Numbered from the stretch's first letter, positions 16,951 to 26,418 are shown. The stretch is DNA of 64,000 bases from Akkermansia sp. (GCA_045616565.1 JAZLHB010000144.1:18216-82215), one strand, 5' to 3'. Numbers and translations: made by a program. The notes: generated from the letters alone by a model not told the origin.

Positions 16951-19788
16951 ATGAAAGCGAGATTACCTAAAATGCTCCTTGCCGCCCTCCTGGCGGCTGT
17001 TTCCACAGCGTATGCCGCTGACCAGTACTATGATGGTACTTGGACAACGGATGATGTCGATATATTCGCCAACGGCGATCCCGCCAGCACCGTCAACATC
17101 GGCTACGGCGACACGACCCAAGCCTACAATGCAGACATCACGTTGAACGGCGCAAATTGCACAGGCGGCAAGCGCTTCACCACGCCCAACGCGCTGTTCA
17201 TCGGCGGCCCCGGCTGGCCTCACAAGCTTTCTGAGGGCTATAAAGCTTCCCGTGGCACCCTTACTTTGGACAACGGTGCTGTGCTGGAGGTGGGTGTCCT
17301 CAATCCCGGGGTTCGCTCCGCCACCCATATCACCATGGGGTCCTGCAAGGACGCGTACTCAACTCTCAGGGTTCAGGGTGGCAGCCGGATTTCTACAGGT
17401 AGCATGGAAGTCTCCAATGGCGGGGGCAATGCCTTTGTTTATGTGGGTTCCAAGGATGGCTCCGGCAGCGGATACATCGGGTTGACCGGCGATTTGATGG
17501 TCGGCGTGGGGCAGATTGCAGGAGCCGACGGTCGTGGCGACATCCAGATTTATGACGGCAGCAGAGTGAATGTGGCCGGGGTTACCTCCATTGGTTACGC
17601 AACCGCCAACACCCCGGGCGGTGCGGGCAAGGTGCAGATTTGCAACGGCGGCACGCTCAGCACCGGGGCCCTGGAAATGGGCATCGGCCTGAAAGGCGAT
17701 GACTATGCATCCGAGGGTACGATGGTGGTGGCCGGCACGCTCCATGTTACCGATAACAAGAACGCCATCCTCATCGGTATCGATGGCGGTGTGGGATTGA
17801 TGTATGTGGAGCAGGGTGGTACGGCCAACCTGAACACGGCGGATATCTATCTGGGTTCCACCATTAACGAGGGCGATGGAACTTGGGGCAGAATCGATGT
17901 CTTTGGCGGCGGTTCCATCAACCACGGCGGCACCATCTATGTGGGCGATATCGATCCTGATTACGGCACGGGCTCTTTGAAGATTATGGAGGGAGCCACG
18001 GCCAAGCTGCACAACGTTGAGGTTTCCACCGGTTCCGAGATTTATGTGGACGGCGACGTGAGCGTGAACGAGACTCCTTGGGGCAAGGTGAATGCCCCGG
18101 GCATCCACCTGTACCACAATTCATCCGTCGGCGGCGCGCCCAAGGGTGAGAAGCTCACCCTCGTTTCCATCAAGGAGATTGGCGATCCCACGGCAGACAT
18201 CCACATGCTCGGTGAAGGCCTGACCCTGACCAAGGGTACCACGTTCGAGGCATGCTGCGACACGCACATGAAGGTGAACGGGGATGCCTTCCTCAAGTTC
18301 GGCGAGGGCGTGATGCACCTGACGGACGGCGTACTCTTCATCGACAGCGAGGAGGGTGATGCCGGTGCTATCACCACCACCGCAGGCACGGGCAACGTAA
18401 GCATCGCGGGCAACACCGTCCTTGAGAACAAGCTCTCCCAGCTGATTCGCAGGGATGAAACCTCCCGCCTGGGCATCATCGATGCCGCGGACCTCATCAA
18501 CTACGGCGGCACGTACACGGACTTTACGTCCGGCGGCCACAAGCTCAAGTTGATTGACAACAGCGCGTACGAAATTCGCTTCACGGAAGCGGGCGTGACA
18601 GTTATCAACGATGAGTACGGCCAGGACGAATTCCAGGGTTTCTATGTCGTGAAGACGGGCAACCCCGCTGAGGACGGCTACTACCAACTGGACCGCAACG
18701 AGAAGACGGTGTACAACGTCATCGACCAGCTCGACCGCGAGGGTGCCCAGATTCCGGAGGACCTGAAGAATGCAATCAATGCGGTGCTCAACATCGACGG
18801 CAAGAAGAACCTGCAGGAGCTGCGCCAGGCGCTGGACTTCCTGGGCACGGTGAACTACTCCGTGATGATGCACAACCAGATTGACGGCAACACCTCTCAC
18901 CAGCGCATGCTGCGCAACCGCAGCATGGTTGGCCGCAACCTGCGCCACCGCAAGGGCTGCACGGATGTGTACGCCGCCGCGTTCTTCGACACCCAGCGCA
19001 ACAACTACGGCTTCCACACCGGTCAGGGCTATCACCGCACGGAATGGGGCGGCCTGGTGGGCGCGGATACCTGCATCAACCAGTACCTGCGCCTGGGCGC
19101 AGACGTGGCCTACGGCCGCGCCCGCATCCATCCCACCCAGAACTGGGCCATGCACCAGAACTCCCTGTACTGGGATGTGTACGCCCAGCTCCGCAAGGGC
19201 AACTGGCGCAGCATCACCGCCCTGGGTATGGGTATCCACAGCTTCGACCTGAAGCGCGGCCTGGGCAGCATCTCCGCCAAGGCAAACAACGTGAAGGGCT
19301 ACTCGCTGAACATCACGGAGGAGGTTTCCTACGATTGGAAGGTGAACGACAAGACCACCATCCAGCCCTTTGCCGCGCTTGACCTGAACTGGAACACCAT
19401 CAAGTCCTTCACGGATGGCGATGTGGGCTCCATGAACATGCACGTGAAGCGCCAGCGCGCGCTTGCCGCAGACCTGACGGTTGGCGGCCGCTACATCCGC
19501 GACTTTGCGCTGCTGCGCAACGTGCCGGATGCCACTTGGTATGCCCAGCTCGGCGTGACAGTGAGCCTGGGCCAGAGGGATTGCGACATGGAGTGCAACT
19601 TTGTGGGCGCCCCGAACACACCGTTCACCATCTACGCCGCCAAGCGCGACCGCGTGGGTCTGAACCTTGGCACCGGCATCACCATTCCGGTGACAGAGCG
19701 CTGCGCCATCTTCGCCAACGGCGAGGCTATCCTGCGTGGCGACTCCCACAACATCAACGCCCAGATTGGCGTGCAGGTGGCATTCTAA
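16951..19788 (+). CDS. autotransporter (signal peptide, beta-helical passenger, C-terminal beta-barrel)
   Basis: MKARLPKMLLAALLAAVSTAYA signal. G/N/T-rich passenger repeats. C-terminal about 280 aa of alternating strands ending AQIGVQVAF. Confidence 0.85.
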   Translation: MKARLPKMLLAALLAAVSTAYAADQYYDGTWTTDDVDIFANGDPASTVNIGYGDTTQAYNADITLNGANCTGGKRFTTPNALFIGGPGWPHKLSEGYKASRGTLTLDNGAVLEVGVLNPGVRSATHITMGSCKDAYSTLRVQGGSRISTGSMEVSNGGGNAFVYVGSKDGSGSGYIGLTGDLMVGVGQIAGADGRGDIQIYDGSRVNVAGVTSIGYATANTPGGAGKVQICNGGTLSTGALEMGIGLKGDDYASEGTMVVAGTLHVTDNKNAILIGIDGGVGLMYVEQGGTANLNTADIYLGSTINEGDGTWGRIDVFGGGSINHGGTIYVGDIDPDYGTGSLKIMEGATAKLHNVEVSTGSEIYVDGDVSVNETPWGKVNAPGIHLYHNSSVGGAPKGEKLTLVSIKEIGDPTADIHMLGEGLTLTKGTTFEACCDTHMKVNGDAFLKFGEGVMHLTDGVLFIDSEEGDAGAITTTAGTGNVSIAGNTVLENKLSQLIRRDETSRLGIIDAADLINYGGTYTDFTSGGHKLKLIDNSAYEIRFTEAGVTVINDEYGQDEFQGFYVVKTGNPAEDGYYQLDRNEKTVYNVIDQLDREGAQIPEDLKNAINAVLNIDGKKNLQELRQALDFLGTVNYSVMMHNQIDGNTSHQRMLRNRSMVGRNLRHRKGCTDVYAAAFFDTQRNNYGFHTGQGYHRTEWGGLVGADTCINQYLRLGADVAYGRARIHPTQNWAMHQNSLYWDVYAQLRKGNWRSITALGMGIHSFDLKRGLGSISAKANNVKGYSLNITEEVSYDWKVNDKTTIQPFAALDLNWNTIKSFTDGDVGSMNMHVKRQRALAADLTVGGRYIRDFALLRNVPDATWYAQLGVTVSLGQRDCDMECNFVGAPNTPFTIYAAKRDRVGLNLGTGITIPVTERCAIFANGEAILRGDSHNINAQIGVQVAF

Positions 19789-19810
19789 GCCGCGCTGCAA
19801 ACCAGCCTTC

Positions 19811-19840
19811 AAGCGCCGCATCCTCTTGGGTGCGGCGCTT
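19811..19840 (+). terminator. hairpin after autotransporter gene
   Basis: AAGCGCCGCA-(10 nt)-TGCGGCGCTT. Weak T tract. Confidence 0.4.
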
Positions 19841-19855
19841 CGCTGTATTCACAAA

Positions 19856-19884
19856 TTGCAATGTGCCGTATCTTGTGATAAAAT
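19856..19884 (+). promoter_or_regulatory. hemL promoter TTGCAA-N17-TAAAAT (TG-extended), 6 nt before ATG
   Basis: Read directly. Implies a leaderless hemL mRNA. Confidence 0.55.
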
Positions 19885-19890
19885 GCGCGC

Positions 19891-21174
19891 ATGCCGATAT
19901 CGGAAGAATTGTTTGAGCGAGCAGGGCGGGTGATACCCGGTGGCGTGAATTCACCCGTTCGCGCGTTCCGCCGCTTGGGGCGCGCACCGTTTTTTGTGAC
20001 ACGCGCGCAGGGGGCCCACCTGTGGGATGAGGACGGGCGGGAGTACATCGACTACGTGGGCACCTGGGGCCCCGCCATTCTGGGGCATGCCCCGGCATGT
20101 GTGCTGGAGGCTGTGCAGCGCATGGTGCCCAACGGGCTTGGCTACGGCATCCCCACGCGCGTGGAGGTGGAAATGGCGGAGCACCTTTGCCGCCGCGTGC
20201 CCGGCATGCAGATGGTGCGCATGACCAACAGCGGAACAGAGGCCACCATGAGCGCCGTGCGCTTGGCGCGCGGCTTCACCGGGCGCCCCTATATCATCAA
20301 GTTTGCGGGCTGCTACCACGGCCATGCAGACAGCCTGCTGGTGTCCGCCGGCAGCGGCGCGCTCACAGGCGGGCAGCCGGACAGCGCGGGCGTTCCGCCG
20401 GAGTTTGCCGCGCTCACCCTGGTGCTGCCGTACAACAAACCTGCCGCCGTGGAGGAGGCCTTCAAGCGGTACGCAGGCAAGATAGCCGGTGTGATTGTGG
20501 AGCCGTATCCCGGCAATGCCGGCTTCTATCTGCCCAAGCCCGGGTATCTGGAATTCCTGCGCGACATCACCGCGCGCGAGGGAGCCCTCTTGATTTTCGA
20601 CGAGGTGATGACGGGCTTCCGCATCTCCACCGCCGGTGTGGCGGGCAAGACGGGAATCACCGCAGACATCACCACCCTCGGCAAGGTCATTGGCGGCGGG
20701 CTGCCCGTGGGCGCCTTCGGCGGGCGCCGCGACATCATGGAATGCGTGGCCCCGCTCGGCCCCGTCTACCAGGCCGGCACGCTCAGCGGCAACCCCGTGG
20801 CCATGGCGGCCGGGCTTGCCCAGCTCACCTACCTGCAGGAGCATGACTGCTACGCGCGGCTGGAAGCGCTCGGCGCGCGCCTGGAGGAGGGCGTGCGCGC
20901 CGCCTTGCATGATCTGCACCTGCCGCTCACCTTCAAGCGCAGCGGCTCCATGTACTGCCTTTTCTTCACCACGCAGGACGTGGTGGACTTGGAGACCGCC
21001 TCCAGCGGCAGCTTCGACATGTTCAAGCGCTACTTCCTCTCCATGCTGGAGCAGGGGGTGTATGTGGCACCCTCGCCCTACGAAACCGGTTTCATCTCCA
21101 CCGCCCACACGGAGGACGACATCGACCGCACCACCGCCGCCATGCGCCGCGCCCTGGCTACTCTTGCCAAATAG
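19891..21174 (+). CDS. hemL: glutamate-1-semialdehyde 2,1-aminomutase
   Basis: RAGRVIPGGVNSPVRAF, GTWGPAILGH, class-III aminotransferase pattern with FDEVMTGFR and the PLP-Lys region TLGKVIGGG. Confidence 0.95.
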   Translation: MPISEELFERAGRVIPGGVNSPVRAFRRLGRAPFFVTRAQGAHLWDEDGREYIDYVGTWGPAILGHAPACVLEAVQRMVPNGLGYGIPTRVEVEMAEHLCRRVPGMQMVRMTNSGTEATMSAVRLARGFTGRPYIIKFAGCYHGHADSLLVSAGSGALTGGQPDSAGVPPEFAALTLVLPYNKPAAVEEAFKRYAGKIAGVIVEPYPGNAGFYLPKPGYLEFLRDITAREGALLIFDEVMTGFRISTAGVAGKTGITADITTLGKVIGGGLPVGAFGGRRDIMECVAPLGPVYQAGTLSGNPVAMAAGLAQLTYLQEHDCYARLEALGARLEEGVRAALHDLHLPLTFKRSGSMYCLFFTTQDVVDLETASSGSFDMFKRYFLSMLEQGVYVAPSPYETGFISTAHTEDDIDRTTAAMRRALATLAK

Positions 21175-21183
21175 AAGCGTCTT

Positions 21184-21779
21184 CACATGTGTCCCAATGA
21201 TTTTTTGGAACCTATGAATTCATGTGGTGGGGTGGATGGTACGCGAAGCGAATCTTGGAAGTTTTCGTAATGAGCAACGGGATAGTGGAGCCACCCCGCC
21301 ATTCGGCGGGGTTCCCCGACGGAGACATTTGGACCCACGCACCCACGGGTTGACACCCGTGGCTACTGGCCCCTTCGGGTGCGCTCCACCATTCGGCGGA
21401 GCTTTATTTAGCACGCCTGTCGGCGCGGAGCGATACCTGCTTCATCTGGCATACTGCCAGATGAAGCCCTGTGATTCGCGCGAATCGCGCATATTGAAAA
21501 ACTCCGCCGAAAGGCGGAGTGCGCCGGAGGCACGGTAGCCACGGGTGTCAACCCGTGGGTAACCAACGGCGGCATGTCTCGGCACGGGAACCCCGCCTCG
21601 TCACGCCGAAGCGCAGCGGCGGCGGACGGATGGCGGGGTGGCTCCACTATCCCGTTGCACCTCTCTGGCTGCCTTTACTGATAAAATCTAAAGAGGGTGG
21701 CTTCAATTTCGGGCGCTTTTCCTAACGGTTGCCCATCAGCTCGTTGCGAAATGTGAATCCATTTATTGGGACACATGTG
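21184..21779. mobile_element. 596-bp non-coding nested-palindromic MITE-like element with 15-bp terminal inverted repeats and a 9-bp target-site duplication
   Basis: Termini are CACATGTGTCCCAAT ... ATTGGGACACATGTG. Flanked by identical AAGCGTCTT at 21175-21183 and 21780-21788. Internal long inverted repeats (GCAACGGGATAGTGGAGCCACCCCGCC and its complement; CCACGGGTTGACACCCGTGG and its partner) and a central perfect hairpin CTTCATCTGGCA-TAC-TGCCAGATGAAG. Confidence 0.8.
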
Positions 21780-21807
21780 AAGCGTCTTTTAATAATTTTG
21801 AAAAATA

Positions 21808-21836
21808 TTGACAAGCGGTGACAAGTGTGCATAATG
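21808..21836 (+). promoter_or_regulatory. near-consensus promoter TTGACA-N17-ATAATG (TG-extended; or N16-CATAAT)
   Basis: Read directly. No ORF or start codon at the predicted transcription start. Confidence 0.6.
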
Positions 21837-21842
21837 AAAAGC

Positions 21843-21964
21843 GAAGGCGGGAATAGTAACGCCCCAAGTCCCCCGGTAGCTATATAAGCAGGTATCCAAT
21901 CCTGCACCGGAGGCACGGGTCCCGGCCTTTAACGAAGGCAAGGTGATGTACCTTGCCTTTTCTC
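21843..21964 (+). ncRNA. candidate ~120-nt small RNA of unknown class (promoter plus terminator unit)
   Basis: Between the promoter above and the terminator AAGGCAAGGT-GATGT-ACCTTGCCTT-TTCTC (21935-21964). Internal helices GGCG/CGCC, CCCCCGGU/ACCGGAGG enclosing GCAGG-UAUCCAAU-CCUGC. Confidence 0.4.
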
Positions 21965-22057
21965 ATCCAAGCATATGACCGGCATAACACTCACTCGCTC
22001 CGCTCGCGTTGACAAGCGCGCGAATTTTTAAATTGCAAATCGTCAATCGTAAATCCC

Positions 22058-22498
22058 ATGGATTTCCGCATCATAGCCGCCGCCAAGCCTAGCATCGCGT
22101 ATGCGCGTGATGGCGTGCGCTTCTTTGAGGAGCGCCTGCGGCCGCTGGGCAAGGTGGAGCTGCGCTATGTGAAGGACGGCACGGCGGAGGACGTCTCCGC
22201 GCGTCTGCTGGAGGCCTCGCAGGGCTGCCTGCGCATCGCCATGGATGAGCGGGGCGAGAACTGGACCACCCGCGAATTCGAGAAGCGCGTGCGCACTTGG
22301 CAGCTGCACGCCGTGAAGCATGTGGCCTTCCTCATCGGCGCGGCAGACGGCCACACGCAGGCCCTGCGGGATGCATGCGACCATGTGCTCTCCCTGGGGC
22401 GCCACACCATGCAGCACGAGCTTGCGCTCGTGGTGCTGCTGGAGCAAGTCTACCGCATCCACACCCTGCTGGCGGGCAGCCCGTACCACCGAGACTAA
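22058..22498 (+). CDS. rlmH: 23S rRNA (pseudouridine1915-N3)-methyltransferase
   Basis: 146 aa SPOUT pattern: ...[17 protein letters not shown]...FLIGAADGH...[23 protein letters not shown]. Confidence 0.85.
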   Translation: MDFRIIAAAKPSIAYARDGVRFFEERLRPLGKVELRYVKDGTAEDVSARLLEASQGCLRIAMDERGENWTTREFEKRVRTWQLHAVKHVAFLIGAADGHTQALRDACDHVLSLGRHTMQHELALVVLLEQVYRIHTLLAGSPYHRD

Positions 22499-22511
22499 CC
22501 AAATTTTCACC

Positions 22512-24572
22512 ATGTCCGTTTCCCCCCTGTTGAAATCATGTTTGCTTCCGCTCTGTGCCGTAGCTGCCGCAGAGGAGTTGATGCCGCCGCCCTATGTGTG
22601 CCAGCGCGCCACGGAGCCTATCACCATCGATGGCAAGGCAGACGAGCCCGCGTGGCAGAAAGCGCGCCCGCTCTCGCCCCTGCGTGACATAGAGGGCCCT
22701 GCCGTGCAGGATGGCTCATGCATCCGCATGCTCTGGGACGACCGCTACCTGTACATCCACGCGGACATGCCGGAGCAAAACCTCTGGGCCACGCAAAAGG
22801 AGCACGACAGCATCATCTTCCACGACCCCGACTTCGAGGTGTTCATCGATCCGCTCTGTGAGAACAACCACTACATCGAGCTGGAAATCAACCAGCTCGG
22901 CACCGTGTGGGAGCTCCTCGTTGCGCGCACCTACCGCCACGCCAACCCCGTCATCCTGCATGATTGGGACATGCCCGGGCTGAAGCGCGCCGTGCACCTG
23001 CGCGGCACGCTCAACAACCCGCACGACACGGACAGCGGCTGGAGCGTGGAGCTGGCCATCCCGTGGCGCAGCATCACCTCGCACGGCTCCCTGCCGCGCG
23101 CGGATGAGCCGCCGCAGCCCGGCACCGCCATGCGCTTCAACTTCTCGCGCGTGAACTGGCAGGTGCAGAAGGATGAAAGCTCACCCACCGGGTACGCCAA
23201 GAGCCTGGGGGCGGACGGCACTCCCCTGCCGGAGAGCAACCACGTATGGGCACCCACCGGCGTGGTGAACATCCACCGCCCGGAGCACTGGGGCCGCGTG
23301 GTCTTCTCCGCGCAGCCGGCGGGTACTTGGGAATCCGTTCAGCCCGATCCCGAGGACGCTGCCCGCCTGGCGCTCTACGCCTGCGCGGAAGCGCAGGAGA
23401 GCCACCGTGCAGAACACGGCGCGTACGACACCGCCCATGTGGCGCCGCCGGGCCTGCAGGCGGTGGTACAGCCGCATTTCTTCTCCGTGTCCGCCACCTG
23501 CGCCCGCTCGGGGCGTGAGCTGCGCCTGAATTCAGACGGCACCTTCAATGCGCAGGCAGTGGCGGATCCCATGCCGGAAATTTTCCTCTGGGTGCACGGG
23601 GACCACACGGAAGACACCGCCGCGTGGAATGAAAAGTTTGCAAGCTACCGCACCGCAGGCGTGGATACCGTCATCATCGGCGGTTCTCCGGAGCAGGTGG
23701 CCGCGCTCGCCCCGCTCGCACGCCGCGCGGGGTTGCGCACCATCGCCTGGGTGTGGGCGCTCAACCGCCCGCAGGACGCAGATTTGCTCAAGCAACACCC
23801 GGAATGCTACGCCGTGAGCCGCGACGGCAAGTCGTGCGCGGTGGAGAAGGACCGCCCGTATGTGGGCTACTACCAGTTCCTCTGCCCCAACAACACCGCC
23901 GTGCGGGAGCACCTGCTTGCTGTGGTGGACAGTTTCGCCACCATTCCCGGAGTGGACGGTATCCAGCTGGACTACATGCGCTTGCCGGATGTCATCCTGC
24001 CGCGCGGGCTGTGGGAGAAGTACGGGCTTGTGATGGACCATGAGATGGCCCCGTACGACTTCTGCTACTGCGATACCTGCCGCCGCCTGTTCCGCGAGCG
24101 CTACGGGCGGGATGTGCATGAGGATGCGGAGCACGATGCGGAGTGGCGGGAGTTCCGCCTGCAGAGCGTGGCGGATATGGCAGCCGCCCTGTGCGAGCGC
24201 GCGCGGGCGCACGGCAAGGGCGCGGCGTGTGCCGTGTTCCCCACGCCGCAGCTGGCATCCAGGCTGGTGCGCCAGGATTGGAGCCGCTTCCCGCTGGACC
24301 TTGCCCTGCCCATGGATTACTTCTCCTTCTACAAGGAACCCGCATCCTGGGTGAACGATATGGCCGCCGCCGCCATGCAGCAGACCCAGGGGCGCTTCCC
24401 CGTGGCCCCGGGGCTCCATCTGCCGGACTATGATGCGCAAAGCCTGCCCAAGGCGCTCCAAGAGCTGCGCACGCTCCGCGTGCCGGGCATCTCGCTTTTC
24501 AGCAGTGAGGAGTTCACCCCGGACAAGCAAAAGGCCCTCCGTGAGTGGAAAGCTGCCCCTACGGCCCCTTGA
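22512..24572 (+). CDS. secreted CBM9-like carbohydrate-binding domain fused to a GHL10-type putative glycoside hydrolase domain
   Basis: Inner ATG 22512 gives the signal peptide MSVSPLLKSCLLPLCAVAAA. ITIDGKADEPAWQKA...MLWDDRYLYIHADM...DPDFEVFIDP...YIELEINQLGTVWEL (CBM9 pattern). Later GVDGIQLDYMRLPD (TIM-barrel GHL10-like). Confidence 0.6.
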   Translation: MSVSPLLKSCLLPLCAVAAAEELMPPPYVCQRATEPITIDGKADEPAWQKARPLSPLRDIEGPAVQDGSCIRMLWDDRYLYIHADMPEQNLWATQKEHDSIIFHDPDFEVFIDPLCENNHYIELEINQLGTVWELLVARTYRHANPVILHDWDMPGLKRAVHLRGTLNNPHDTDSGWSVELAIPWRSITSHGSLPRADEPPQPGTAMRFNFSRVNWQVQKDESSPTGYAKSLGADGTPLPESNHVWAPTGVVNIHRPEHWGRVVFSAQPAGTWESVQPDPEDAARLALYACAEAQESHRAEHGAYDTAHVAPPGLQAVVQPHFFSVSATCARSGRELRLNSDGTFNAQAVADPMPEIFLWVHGDHTEDTAAWNEKFASYRTAGVDTVIIGGSPEQVAALAPLARRAGLRTIAWVWALNRPQDADLLKQHPECYAVSRDGKSCAVEKDRPYVGYYQFLCPNNTAVREHLLAVVDSFATIPGVDGIQLDYMRLPDVILPRGLWEKYGLVMDHEMAPYDFCYCDTCRRLFRERYGRDVHEDAEHDAEWREFRLQSVADMAAALCERARAHGKGAACAVFPTPQLASRLVRQDWSRFPLDLALPMDYFSFYKEPASWVNDMAAAAMQQTQGRFPVAPGLHLPDYDAQSLPKALQELRTLRVPGISLFSSEEFTPDKQKALREWKAAPTAP

Positions 24573-24618
24573 TGCGGAGACTTTTTCGCCTATATTTTAG
24601 AACTTTTCTAAATTCGTC

Positions 24619-24647
24619 TTGACTCGCGTTGAATCCTGGTGTAGATT
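24619..24647 (+). promoter_or_regulatory. promoter TTGACT-N17-TAGATT
   Basis: Read directly, about 47 nt upstream of ATG 24695. Confidence 0.5.
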
Positions 24648-24694
24648 GCTCTTGGCGGCGCGCCACACGCGCCCATAGAAAGAAAAATACGAAA

Positions 24695-25261
24695 ATGAGA
24701 AGCATAACGACATTCGATATCCAGTACGCGCACCGGTTCTACCGTTTCCAGGGAGAGGCCCAGTACCTGCACGGCCACACGGGCGTGCTCACCCTTGAGG
24801 TGGAAGACAGCGTTGAACCCGGCGTGAACATGGTGTTCCCCTGCAACGAGATCCAGAAAACGGCCTGGGACGTGCTCAAGAACTTCGACCATGCGCTCAT
24901 TCTGCGCGAGGACGACCCGCTGCTGCCCGCCATCCTGGGCGTGTACGAGAAGCAGGGCATCAAAAACGGCCACCGCAACAATGTGATGAAGGGAGAGGCA
25001 TTTGAGACCGAGCTCTGCAAGGCCTACCCGGACTGCCGCCTGGTGGTGACCAAGGAGACCATGACCGTGGAGGGCATGATCAAGATGGTCTACGAGCTGC
25101 TGAAAGACAAGCTCAACATCGCCAAGATCACCTTCACCAGCGGCGTGAACGCCGCCTCACAGGAGTTCAAGCCGGAAGGCACCCGCGAGCGCTGCCCGCT
25201 CTGCGGCATTGCGCTGGATGAAAACGGCGCCTGCCCCAAGTGCGGATACAAAAAGAAGTAA
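24695..25261 (+). CDS. 6-pyruvoyl-tetrahydropterin synthase / QueD family protein with C-terminal zinc-ribbon
   Basis: FDIQYAHRF...LHGHTGVLTLEV (PTPS His motif). Tail has CPLCG...CPKCG. Confidence 0.65.
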   Translation: MRSITTFDIQYAHRFYRFQGEAQYLHGHTGVLTLEVEDSVEPGVNMVFPCNEIQKTAWDVLKNFDHALILREDDPLLPAILGVYEKQGIKNGHRNNVMKGEAFETELCKAYPDCRLVVTKETMTVEGMIKMVYELLKDKLNIAKITFTSGVNAASQEFKPEGTRERCPLCGIALDENGACPKCGYKKK

Positions 25262-25288
25262 CAAAGCCATTTCAACATACACAACCGC

Positions 25289-25323
25289 AAGGCCCGCCCC
25301 GTGTTTTCACGGGACGGGCCTTT
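25289..25323. terminator. bidirectional terminator between convergent genes
   Basis: AAGGCCCGCCCCGTG-TTTT-CACGGGACGGGCCTT (one mismatch) followed by T. Confidence 0.6.
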
Positions 25324-25396
25324 CAGCAGGAGCGCTAACTCACTCCTAATCTTAATCCTAATTGGCGCCGAAGGCGGCTTTGCCCCAAAAGGAGAA

Positions 25397-26278
25397 TCAC
25401 TCCTCCACCTCCATGTCCTCCTCCGGCTGCATGTTGCGGGTGGGGCGGCTCCTTCGGCCGGGGTACATGCCGGGATCCTCCTCTTCCTCTCCGTCCATGT
25501 CCTGCCCGGGCCTATTCCTGTCACCGGGGTACCCCCTGCGGTTGGGGTTCATGTCTCCGCGCTGGGGCATACCGCGCTGGGGCCCCATACCGCCGGCGGG
25601 GTTCGTGGCATCCTCCTCTTCCTCCTCGTCCGGTTCCTCTTCCGGGGCGGGCTGGCCTGCAGCCAGGGCCTCCACAAGCTTCTTTGAGTACTCCAGCTCC
25701 TTGGTGACGGCCTTCTCCGGCTTCTCCAAGAGCTTTTCAGAGTATTCCTTGAGGCGCGCGGCGTAGTCCTTGGCGGGTTTGGTGCTCATGTAGGGCAGGG
25801 GAATCATGGCCTCCTTGTCCGGCGTGTAGAGGTAGCCGAACGGCTTGGCGCGGCAGCCGAATTGCGGCAGCGGCTCGTTGGAGATGTAGCCGATGTAGGC
25901 ACCTTTGGCGTTCTTGACGGGACCGCTGTTGATGACCTCCTTTTCAAATGCCTGGCAGATGGCGCAGGTGGGCGGGTCGGAGTACACGCACCACACGGGC
26001 AGGTTGTGCTTCTTGGCCTCCGCGAAAGCCTTGGCCTCGTCGCGGAACCACTTGGGCTTCACCTTGGAGCGCGCCTTTTTCTCCTTTTGGAATTTGTCCA
26101 TGGCGGCCTGCGCCTCCTTCAGTCGCTTGCGTGCGGCTGTCAGTTCCGGGTTGGCGGCTTCCGCCACTTCTTCCGTGGCTGCCTTCTTCTTCTTCTTGGC
26201 TCCATCCGCCGCCAGGCAGGGCGATATGGTGAGCGCCAAGCAGCCGAGGAGGATGTAGGTGATGTTTTTCCAGTTCAT
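25397..26278 (-). CDS. secreted thioredoxin-fold protein with disordered acidic/Pro-Gly-Arg tail
   Basis: Signal peptide. AKKHNLPVWCVYSDPPTCAICQAFEKEV (CxxC in a thioredoxin-like context). C-terminal EEEPDEEEEED...GEEEEDPG low complexity. Confidence 0.55.
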   Translation of the reverse strand: MNWKNITYILLGCLALTISPCLAADGAKKKKKAATEEVAEAANPELTAARKRLKEAQAAMDKFQKEKKARSKVKPKWFRDEAKAFAEAKKHNLPVWCVYSDPPTCAICQAFEKEVINSGPVKNAKGAYIGYISNEPLPQFGCRAKPFGYLYTPDKEAMIPLPYMSTKPAKDYAARLKEYSEKLLEKPEKAVTKELEYSKKLVEALAAGQPAPEEEPDEEEEEDATNPAGGMGPQRGMPQRGDMNPNRRGYPGDRNRPGQDMDGEEEEDPGMYPGRRSRPTRNMQPEEDMEVEE

Positions 26279-26383
26279 GGTGCTATTATGGAGCAGCGCG
26301 GCGAAAAGTCAACACAAGGATGCGGGAATTTGCAGATTGTTGATTTTCCATGCGCCCTTGCGTTCCCTTAAGAGTGAATTGGC

Positions 26384-26411
26384 TTGCCTTTTGGGCGGCG
26401 GATGATAGTTT
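26384..26411 (+). promoter_or_regulatory. promoter TTGCCT-N16-TAGTTT (TG-extended), 7 nt before ATG 26419
   Basis: Read directly. Confidence 0.4.
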
Positions 26412-26418
26412 GATAGCA

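Noticed and set aside
21220-21647. ORFs inside the MITE-like element (PPFGG/PPNGG-containing peptides on both strands); likewise 44854..45078.
   Set aside because: They mirror each other because the DNA is palindromic, they are not conserved between element copies in frame, and they lack start context.
21843-21964. Assigning the candidate sRNA to SRP (4.5S) RNA, 6S RNA or a SAM/TPP/cobalamin riboswitch.
   Set aside because: I could not find the SRP domain IV GGAA/AGCA motifs, the 6S central bubble length, or any riboswitch core consensus I know. It is left as an unknown class.
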